In this document: in pieces, positions 56,787 through 64,000 of the stretch
How positions within the stretch are numbered: position 1 is the first letter of the stretch
How the letters are laid out: the number at the start of each line of letters is the position of its first letter
Assembly: GCA_964525295.1 (NCBI GenBank)
Contig: CAZGEO010000002.1
Location: 129,230-193,229 of the forward strand
DNA from: an uncultured Candidatus Saccharibacteria bacterium
Lineage (GTDB): Bacteria; Patescibacteriota; Dojkabacteria; GCA-002793355
Direction: 5' to 3'
Length of the DNA: 64,000 bases
Notes under the pieces: generated by a model
Seen by the model: only the letters and a program-made list of their open reading frames with translations
The model's database searches: none
What the model was told of the DNA's origin: nothing
Program-made: the position numbers and the translations under genes

Positions 56787-58440
56787 CGAACAAATTGCAA
56801 AAATTTTAGTAGACAATAGTTACCTCGAACCAGAACTGGTTACGGTAATGATTTCTCGCGCGAGAACCAGAAGTATTCCTTTTATAAATGTTTTACTGAG
56901 CGAGCAATTCTTAACAAAAGACTTGTTGGGTCAGGCTTTAGCAGAATATTATAAAGTTCCTTACGCTGATTTAAATAGCGTTATTCCATCAAAAGAACAG
57001 GTACTCCTTATACCAGAAGTCTTGGCACGTGAGTATAATTTGGTAGTTTTTAAATTTGACAAGAAATCGTTGATTTTTACGACAGATGATCCGAAAAATC
57101 CACGATTGATTCAGGCAATTGAACAATTGGCTACTTCGGTAAAAGATTTTGCAGAAGTTCAAAACATTGAAGTTTCCTATTCCTTAACAGATGATATTGA
57201 AAATCTTTTTGCGGTTTATGAGAAACCTTTACCTGAGAAGCTTACAAAACTTCTTGAATCGCACGATGTTCCTGTAAAAGAGCTTGTAGAAGCAATTCTA
57301 GAAAATGCATTTGAGACAAAAGCAACAGATATTCACTTCGAGCCCAATAATCTTACGGTGCAGGTGCGTTTTCGTATCGATGGTATGTTGCATGAAGTCG
57401 CAGATTTAACAAAAGAAGTATACGAAAAGGTTATTAATAGAATTAAGGTACTTGCCAGATTACGAATTGATGAACACTTTTCAATTCAAGATGGAGCCTT
57501 TGCTTTTGAAAGTGGTAAAAAGAAGTTCGATTTGCGTGTTTCTTTTGTACCAACTCTTTATGGTGAGAAAATGGCTTTACGTGCACTTTCGCAGTATGTT
57601 GGGGGGCTTGGTCTTGAGCAGGTTGGGTTAAGTCCTGAACATCAGGAGTTATTGATGGCTGCAGCTAAAAAGCCTTTTGGTATGATTATTGTTTCTGGGC
57701 CAACTGGTTCAGGAAAAACGACCACCTTATATTCTGTTTTGAGTAAAGTCATTTCTCCTGGGGTCAATATTATGACCATTGAAGATCCTGTTGAGTATCG
57801 TGTTAAAGGTATTACTCAAGTACAAGTCAATAAAGAAACAGGCATTACCTTTACTGCGGGGCTTCGTTCGTTAGTTCGACAAGATCCTGATGTTATTTTG
57901 GTAGGTGAAATTCGAGATAAAGATTCAGCTGAGATTGCAGTAAATGCAGCGTTAACAGGGCACTTATTACTTTCAACTTTTCATGCAAATGATTCAGCAA
58001 CAGTTATTCCTCGTATGGCAGACATGGGGGTAGAACCATTCCTATTATCATCGACACTTGAACTCATTATTGCGCAGCGTTTAGTTCGTAAACTTTGTGA
58101 AAATTGTCGCGTAAGTGTCACCAAATCAGCCAAAAGTATTCAAAAGGAATACGGCGATGTTTCGAAATATTTTGGTTCTGGTTCTACGACAATGTATGAA
58201 GCAAAGGGCTGTGAGCAGTGTGGTTTTCGTGGATTCAAAGGAAGAACAGCAATTTTTGAATTGTTACCGATGACAAAAGATCTTAAAGAGAAGATGTTAA
58301 CACTTCCGTCTGCTGATGAAATCAGAAAGATGTCTAAGAAAATGGGTATGAAATCAATGTTTGAAGATGGAGTTGATAAAGTTCGAAAGGGTATTACCAC
58401 AATTGGAGAAGTACTTCGTGTAGCTCAAATGACTGATTAA
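56770..58440 (+). CDS. pilB: type IV pilus assembly ATPase PilB / GspE family
   Basis: 556 aa; N-terminal T2SSE_N domain, Walker A GPTGSGKTTT, Asp and His boxes, tetracysteine C-x2-C...C-x2-C. Confidence 0.85.
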   Translation: MNRLNDEQIAKILVDNSYLEPELVTVMISRARTRSIPFINVLLSEQFLTKDLLGQALAEYYKVPYADLNSVIPSKEQVLLIPEVLAREYNLVVFKFDKKSLIFTTDDPKNPRLIQAIEQLATSVKDFAEVQNIEVSYSLTDDIENLFAVYEKPLPEKLTKLLESHDVPVKELVEAILENAFETKATDIHFEPNNLTVQVRFRIDGMLHEVADLTKEVYEKVINRIKVLARLRIDEHFSIQDGAFAFESGKKKFDLRVSFVPTLYGEKMALRALSQYVGGLGLEQVGLSPEHQELLMAAAKKPFGMIIVSGPTGSGKTTTLYSVLSKVISPGVNIMTIEDPVEYRVKGITQVQVNKETGITFTAGLRSLVRQDPDVILVGEIRDKDSAEIAVNAALTGHLLLSTFHANDSATVIPRMADMGVEPFLLSSTLELIIAQRLVRKLCENCRVSVTKSAKSIQKEYGDVSKYFGSGSTTMYEAKGCEQCGFRGFKGRTAIFELLPMTKDLKEKMLTLPSADEIRKMSKKMGMKSMFEDGVDKVRKGITTIGEVLRVAQMTD

Positions 58441-58446
58441 TCAATC

Positions 58447-59508
58447 ATGGCACTTTTTTCACAAGGAGAAGAAAAAAATTACATAATCGAGCAGTTGTAT
58501 GTACTTATCAACGCCGGTATGGATGTACATTCTGCATTAGAATCGTTGACGGAAGAAGTTCATAATAAATCTTTAAAAGAAACATTAATCAAGGTTAGAG
58601 ATCGTGTTAATTCAGGTTCACAACTGTCTGATGCTTTTGAAGGAACAAGAATTATTCCAACTGAGTTTTTGTCATTTATCCGCTCTGGCGAAGCTTCAGG
58701 AAATCTTAAAGAGCAGTTGCGCATGGTTGCAGAACAATTCGCACGAGATAAAGAGCTCAGATCAAAGGTTATTTCCGCGTCCATTTACCCAATATTTATT
58801 TTTGTCGTAGTGATAATCCTTGGTGGTGTTAATCTCTTTCTTGTTTTGCCACAGGTAACCAGTTCATTTACGAAACTTGGCGGGGAATTGCCATGGTTCA
58901 CTCAGTTATTGCTTGATTTTGGAATATTCACTTCTCAATATGGAGCGATTGTGTTTCCTTCTGCACTCGTTTTAATATTGTTAACAATCTTCTTGGTTTT
59001 TTTTAATACTAAAACGAAATTCATTGGTCAAGAAATATTACTGAGAACTCCTGGAATTAAAGATATTCTGCGCCAAGTAGAATTATCGCGCTTTGGGTTT
59101 GTCTTTGGGTTATTAACAAAGTCAGGCATTACGTTCACTGATGCTTTGAACTTTTTGGCTGGTTACGCTGGTGTTCAACGATATCGTAACTTCTATAAAT
59201 ACTTGATGGAAGGTATAAACGATGGGTTGAATTTTCGTGAACTATTCGCCGCGTATAAGAATTTGCATATGTTATTTCCAAGATCAGTACAGAATCTGAT
59301 TACGTCAGCTGAAAAGTCGGGTCATCTTTCTGAAACACTAATGCAAATTGGTGATATTTATAAGAAAAAGTTAGATATTAGTACGCAGACTTTATCGGCG
59401 GTTATTGAGCCAGTACTTATCTTTATTGTATGGGGATTTGTATTGCTTTTGGCACTTGCAATTATTTTCCCACTTTATAGCATAATTGGTAATATTGGAA
59501 TTTTCTAA
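58447..59508 (+). CDS. pilC: type IV pilus platform protein PilC / GspF family
   Basis: 353 aa, two T2SSF repeats each with a TM hairpin. Confidence 0.8.
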   Translation: MALFSQGEEKNYIIEQLYVLINAGMDVHSALESLTEEVHNKSLKETLIKVRDRVNSGSQLSDAFEGTRIIPTEFLSFIRSGEASGNLKEQLRMVAEQFARDKELRSKVISASIYPIFIFVVVIILGGVNLFLVLPQVTSSFTKLGGELPWFTQLLLDFGIFTSQYGAIVFPSALVLILLTIFLVFFNTKTKFIGQEILLRTPGIKDILRQVELSRFGFVFGLLTKSGITFTDALNFLAGYAGVQRYRNFYKYLMEGINDGLNFRELFAAYKNLHMLFPRSVQNLITSAEKSGHLSETLMQIGDIYKKKLDISTQTLSAVIEPVLIFIVWGFVLLLALAIIFPLYSIIGNIGIF

Positions 59509-59939
59509 TGAAGGCATTTACTTTATTTGAAGTTCTTCTTGCTATGGCAATTGGAGCCATGCTTATGACGGTACCTTTTGCGATAAATTCAACAACTATA
59601 TATAGAATTCAAGTTGAAACGGTACAATCTCAGGTAGGTGATGCATTTAGAAAAGCACAAAATTATGCAAAAAGTTCGCGATTAGATAGCGACTGGGGTG
59701 TGTATATTCAAACAAGAACCATCACAGTTTTTAAAGGAAGTACTTATGCTACACGCGATACAGCGTTTGATGATAGTGTTGCTTTTGACACAAAAATTTC
59801 GATGAGTGCAACTGCAGCAGAAATTGTTTTTGCAAAAGCAACAGGGAATACAGGAACTTCCTCGACGATTACAATTTTCGGTGGACCAAATACAAAAACA
59901 GTAACCTATACAGCAAATGGGAATGTTGTATTCAATTAG
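59508..59939 (+). CDS. prepilin-type (type IV pilin / pseudopilin) protein
   Basis: MKA|FTLFEVLLAMAIGAMLM: class III signal with Glu at +5, Ala at -1; 143 aa. Confidence 0.7.
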   Translation: MKAFTLFEVLLAMAIGAMLMTVPFAINSTTIYRIQVETVQSQVGDAFRKAQNYAKSSRLDSDWGVYIQTRTITVFKGSTYATRDTAFDDSVAFDTKISMSATAAEIVFAKATGNTGTSSTITIFGGPNTKTVTYTANGNVVFN

Positions 59940-61338
59940 AAAAATTTTATCTGCGCGCTTGAACGCGGTAAGTACCGTTGAAGGTTTGCTGGCAATGTCA
60001 TTGTTCATGTTATATGGTACATTTTTAATCGGAGCCCTCGCCTTTAGTACTCAAAGCACGAAATATCCAAGTGTCAGAGATTCGGCTATTCGCTATGCAG
60101 AAGAAGGAATTGAAGTAGCAAGATATTTGCGAAAAGGAGCAATTACGAATCTTCCTAATGGCATCTATGGATTGCAGGAGCAAGCTAACGAATGGGCATT
60201 AGTTTCATCGCCTGAGACAATTTCGGCAAATTTCTCTCGAAGTATTTCGATCTCATCACCGACAACCAATACGCGTGCAATAACTAGTTCAGTAAACTGG
60301 ACTGATGGTGGAAGAACCGGTACTGAAAGCGTTTCTACCATAATTTCAAATTGGGTAGGGCCAGCAAGCAGTCCATGGTCATTACCAACACTTCTAACAA
60401 CTTTTGATGCATTTCGGAACGAGGATATGAGTAGGCTTCATGTTGAAGGTTCTACTCTTTTCGCATTGCGAAGAAATAGCACAACAAACGGTTACGCGGT
60501 TTCATTCAATATTTCAGCATTGCCAACAATAACGCAAACACAATCGTTCGCAGTATCAGCAGATACAACTGATGCATTATTTACTCCGACAAGGCTGTAT
60601 GCGTCGAGTACAGCAAATAGCCGTGAACTTTTTGCGGTAAATATATCCAATCCTGCAGCAATGTCGTTGTATGGCACACTTGACCTTGCGCGAACAACCA
60701 ATGCTCAAGGTATTGCGCTAATTAACTCACGAATCTATGTTACCCAAGGTTCTGCATTTAGAAGGATTACTGATAACGGAACAGGAACATTTGCCAACTC
60801 ACATACTTATACAGGCACTGGGACACTCTATGATATTGCCAATTTCAATAACACTTATGCGTATGTATCAACTTCATCAACAACGCAGGAAATATATGTA
60901 ATGGACATTTCGAATCTTTCAGCCACACCCACCCGCCCAGCAACAATTAATCTTCCTACTTCAACAACAGGCAAGATTCGTTTAGGCACGCTAGGTAATT
61001 ACCTTTTGGTCTTTTCGTATCAAGGTGGTATTTATATTTATAATACAACAACAAGTGCAACAGCACCAACTTTTGTAGCAAACTTCCCCATTGGTGGTGC
61101 TTATTTGATAAATGATTTTGTTATCGATTCAGCTCGAAATTTAGTATTTATTGCAACAACAAACCCAAGTGCTGAAATTCAGATTCTTGATTTTACAAAC
61201 CCTTCGACTGTAGTTACTCGCGGTACGTATAATATGTCAGTTACGCCATTATCTCTTGCTCTTGATACTGCAAATGATCGACTATTTATTGGCTCAGCAG
61301 ACAATACAACTGAATTAACGGTTCTTGATGCAAAATGA
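59917..61338 (+). CDS. large pilin-like protein with class III signal peptide and beta-propeller-like (LVIVD-type) repeat C-terminal domain
   Basis: 473 aa; RLNA|VSTVEGLLAMSLFML (Glu +5); recurring ~40-aa segments ending in hydrophobic-x-D (IYVMDISN, IQILDFTN, LTVLDAK). Confidence 0.5.
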   Translation: MGMLYSIRKILSARLNAVSTVEGLLAMSLFMLYGTFLIGALAFSTQSTKYPSVRDSAIRYAEEGIEVARYLRKGAITNLPNGIYGLQEQANEWALVSSPETISANFSRSISISSPTTNTRAITSSVNWTDGGRTGTESVSTIISNWVGPASSPWSLPTLLTTFDAFRNEDMSRLHVEGSTLFALRRNSTTNGYAVSFNISALPTITQTQSFAVSADTTDALFTPTRLYASSTANSRELFAVNISNPAAMSLYGTLDLARTTNAQGIALINSRIYVTQGSAFRRITDNGTGTFANSHTYTGTGTLYDIANFNNTYAYVSTSSTTQEIYVMDISNLSATPTRPATINLPTSTTGKIRLGTLGNYLLVFSYQGGIYIYNTTTSATAPTFVANFPIGGAYLINDFVIDSARNLVFIATTNPSAEIQILDFTNPSTVVTRGTYNMSVTPLSLALDTANDRLFIGSADNTTELTVLDAK

Positions 61339-61856
61339 GCGTAAAAAATATTCGTCTACAGGCTTTTACACTTGTTGAGGCAATTCTATATACAGTTCTT
61401 CTTTCAGCGATTATTTTAATCGTTGGGAGTTTTGTAAATGAGACGATAAAGTCAAGAAATAAGCAGCAAGCTGTTATAACAGTTGAACAAGAGGCAAACT
61501 ATTTGCTTGAGCGAATCGAAGCAGATTTAAAAAATGCAGTTGCAGTATCAGTACCTGTTGCTGGCGCTACAGGTTCTACATTAACAATGACTGTTAATCC
61601 AGGGGTTTCTGAAACTCACACATTTACTCAATCTGGCAATTACCTGACATATGCTGTAAATGCTGCACCTGCAATAAATTTGAATTCGAATAGAGCGCAG
61701 GTTGTAACTTTTACGGTCAAACACATCAGCCCATCAGCGCAGTATCATACAATAAATATTGATTTAACAGTTAAATACATAAATCCCGGAAATAGAGGTG
61801 ATCTACAATATCAAAAAAGTTTCAGAAAAACAGTTAATTTACGTCCGAATCTATGA
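61335..61856 (+). CDS. prepilin-type protein
   Basis: RLQA|FTLVEAILYTVLL class III signal, Glu +5; 173 aa. Confidence 0.7.
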   Translation: MSVKNIRLQAFTLVEAILYTVLLSAIILIVGSFVNETIKSRNKQQAVITVEQEANYLLERIEADLKNAVAVSVPVAGATGSTLTMTVNPGVSETHTFTQSGNYLTYAVNAAPAINLNSNRAQVVTFTVKHISPSAQYHTINIDLTVKYINPGNRGDLQYQKSFRKTVNLRPNL

Positions 61857-62242
61857 TGAGACTTAATGCAGCAGCTGCAACAACGACAGTGTTAATAATG
61901 GGTTCAATTGCAGCAATAATCGCTAGTTACTTACTGTTTCAGTCGACTGATAGAGTATTATCATCTCGAGTAACACATGATGCTATCAAGGCTGAGTATG
62001 CTGCCAATGCCTGTGCAGAATATGCGCTTGAACAAGTACGTTCAATATCTGGTTATGCAGGCAATGAAACAATAGTCGTCGTGACACCAATATCATGTCA
62101 AATTCAAACAATAACTAACGTTTCGGGAACTTACACCTTGAACGTCAATGCAACGGTAGGTGAGTCTACAAAAAGATTACGAATCATTTACACCAAAGGT
62201 GCAACAATTTCGGTTACTTCATGGAAAGAAGTTGCGAATTAA
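61853..62242 (+). CDS. pilin-like / pilus-associated small membrane protein (tentative)
   Basis: 129 aa, N-terminal hydrophobic helix but no Glu +5; last gene of the pilin run. Confidence 0.35.
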   Translation: MMRLNAAAATTTVLIMGSIAAIIASYLLFQSTDRVLSSRVTHDAIKAEYAANACAEYALEQVRSISGYAGNETIVVVTPISCQIQTITNVSGTYTLNVNATVGESTKRLRIIYTKGATISVTSWKEVAN

Positions 62243-62643
62243 GTTTCAGAAGGTGTTTTTTCTGCCGCTTGTTTAACAATTTCAACGATTTCTGCTAGTG
62301 AAGTTTCGGCTTTACCAATATATTTGAAAATTCCTTGACGGTGATATTCTGCGATTTTTTCTGAACTTGCTGAATTAGATACAACAACAATTGGTATGTC
62401 TGCCGTACGCTGAATTGGTTTAATTGTTGCAACGAGATCAAGCCCATTTTCATCGCCTAGTAAATAATGATCGAGCCAAATAACATCTGGTTTAGGATAA
62501 AATCCTTTCGCAAGATATTTGAGCGCAGCAGGCACGCTTCTTGCTGAAAGGGTGCGGATTCCTTCACCAGTTAATTTGGTAATGATTGCCCGAAGTAACT
62601 GAGAATCATCTTCAACTACTAAAACAGTGAGCTTTTTATTCAT
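62239..62643 (-). CDS. stand-alone response-regulator receiver (REC) domain protein
   Basis: 134 aa; VVEDD...D (WLDHYLLG) ... K pattern. Confidence 0.75.
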   Translation of the reverse strand: MNKKLTVLVVEDDSQLLRAIITKLTGEGIRTLSARSVPAALKYLAKGFYPKPDVIWLDHYLLGDENGLDLVATIKPIQRTADIPIVVVSNSASSEKIAEYHRQGIFKYIGKAETSLAEIVEIVKQAAEKTPSET

Positions 62644-62653
62644 AATAGGTCGA

Positions 62654-64000
62654 TTAACTAAGAGCTTTGCTACTTGAATGAGCTTTCATCCCTTTAAGCG
62701 GGATTTTAACGGTAAATGTGGTACCTTTATCTTTCTCTGAAGTGAAGGCAATTTTACCTTTTGCTTTATCAAGAATTGATTTTACGATATAGAGACCGAG
62801 TCCCGTTCCTTCAGTTACTAATTCTTTTGCATTATCGGCTCTGAATAATTTTTCAAATACGTGTTCTTGCTGTTCTTTAGGAATTCCCATACCAGTATCT
62901 TGAATTTCAATAACGAAATGTTTCAAGCCTTTCTTGATGCTGATTGAGATTTTTCCACCATCAGGGGTATATTTCACGGCATTTGAAAGTAAGTTCTGGA
63001 AAATAATAAACATTAACTTTTTATCGACTTTTACTAGTGGTAATCGACCATACTCTTTGTTTACAGAAAGATTTTTAATCACAATAAGTTGTGTTAATTC
63101 TTTAAGTGCTTCTTCAGCAAGGTCAACGAGATTTGTAGGAACAGGTTCAATCGAGAAAGATTGCATTTCAAGTCGCGAAACATTCAGAAGTGAAGTAACC
63201 AAATCGACCATTCGTTTGTTGCCCTTATAGATTTCGGTCAAATACGTTTTTTGCTGTTCATTTAACTCGCCTGCGTCGCCATCGAGGAGCATTTCTGTGT
63301 ACCAGTTAATTGCCGAAAGTGGTGTACGTAATTGATGTGAGGCAAGCGAGACAAATTCAGATTTAGCCCGATCAATTTCTTTCTCTTTAGTAATGTCACG
63401 TTCGATACCTGTGTAAAAGACAATCTCGCCTTTATTATTTAAAACAGGTGAAACAGTTGCATAAACTGTATATTGCGTGCCATCTTTATGATGATTGATA
63501 ACTTCTCCTGAGAATGGTTTCTTTTTTATTTTTATTGTTTTCCAGAATTTTTCGTAAAAGGCTTGAGACATTAACCCTCCCCAGTTAGATTTACTACCGG
63601 CTTTTTGGCCGATTATTTCATCTGGTGAAAACCCGGTAATTTTGTGAACAGCTTCATTGGCATAAATGATCGATCCTTCTGGGTCAGTAATAATTATGTG
63701 GTCTGATGCGTTGGCAACTGCCAATTGGAATTTCATGAGATCTTGCGCCAGTTCATCACTTTTTTCCTTCTCGTCTTCAAGATTGTTGAGCAGTTTTACC
63801 ATTCTTTTTTGTTGCTGAATCAACGATTCACGTTGAGCAATGAGATCTTTGGTTTGCGATAAGACTTTTTCGGTAATTGATTCTTGCGTTGATTTCAATC
63901 GCTTCGCCATTGTATCGAATGATTGCGCTAACTCTCCGATTTCGTCGTTAGTATCAATATTCACTCGTACATTATAATTTCCATCAGAAATTTGTTTTGT
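62654..64000 (-). CDS. sensor histidine kinase with PAS domain (5' end lies beyond the window)
   Basis: HAMP end (DEIGELAQSFDTMAKRL), PAS, HisKA H-box SHQLRTPLSAI, HATPase N/G1/G2 boxes; reading frame stays open to position 64000, so the N-terminal TM/HAMP part is outside the window. Confidence 0.8.
   Translation of the reverse strand, partial: TKQISDGNYNVRVNIDTNDEIGELAQSFDTMAKRLKSTQESITEKVLSQTKDLIAQRESLIQQQKRMVKLLNNLEDEKEKSDELAQDLMKFQLAVANASDHIIITDPEGSIIYANEAVHKITGFSPDEIIGQKAGSKSNWGGLMSQAFYEKFWKTIKIKKKPFSGEVINHHKDGTQYTVYATVSPVLNNKGEIVFYTGIERDITKEKEIDRAKSEFVSLASHQLRTPLSAINWYTEMLLDGDAGELNEQQKTYLTEIYKGNKRMVDLVTSLLNVSRLEMQSFSIEPVPTNLVDLAEEALKELTQLIVIKNLSVNKEYGRLPLVKVDKKLMFIIFQNLLSNAVKYTPDGGKISISIKKGLKHFVIEIQDTGMGIPKEQQEHVFEKLFRADNAKELVTEGTGLGLYIVKSILDKAKGKIAFTSEKDKGTTFTVKIPLKGMKAHSSSKALS

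Overview
This 64 kb window has low GC (~38-40%) and uses the standard genetic code (TGA is a stop). Its core is a large ribosomal-protein super-operon. One block (10.8-24.9 kb, + strand) reads fusA-tuf-rpsJ-rplC-rplD-rplW-rplB-rpsS-rplV-rpsC-rplP-rpmC-rpsQ-rplN-rplX-rplE-rpsN(Z)-rpsH-rplF-rplR-rpsE-rplO-secY-map, followed by RNase Y and HU. A second block (31.9-35.9 kb) reads infA-rpmJ-rpsM-rpsK-rpsD-rpoA-rplQ-rplM-rpsI. The expected rpsL, rpsG, rpmD (L30) and adk are all missing from their usual positions. Three tRNAs (Glu, Asn, Lys), a miniature RNase P RNA, GreA, UvrD/PcrA, QueA and GpmA are also present. The rest is largely membrane, secreted and cell-surface genes. The 5' end holds a polytopic membrane protein next to a 983-aa GH25 muramidase fusion. 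At 47.6-49.7 kb sits a three-gene lipid module: a UbiA-family prenyltransferase, a CDP-alcohol phosphatidyltransferase and a CarS/CdsA-like protein. An ECF sigma/anti-sigma operon and a small islet between two tRNAs bounded by a tRNA-Lys 3'-end direct repeat lie in between. The 3' end carries a type IV pilus locus (PilB, PilC, four prepilin-like genes) flanked by orphan receiver domains and a PAS histidine kinase. L30 loss, the tiny RNase P RNA, the T4P locus and the many small unknown membrane proteins suggest a reduced-genome Patescibacteria/CPR-like bacterium; this is inference only. No CRISPR array, rRNA gene or obvious transposase was seen.
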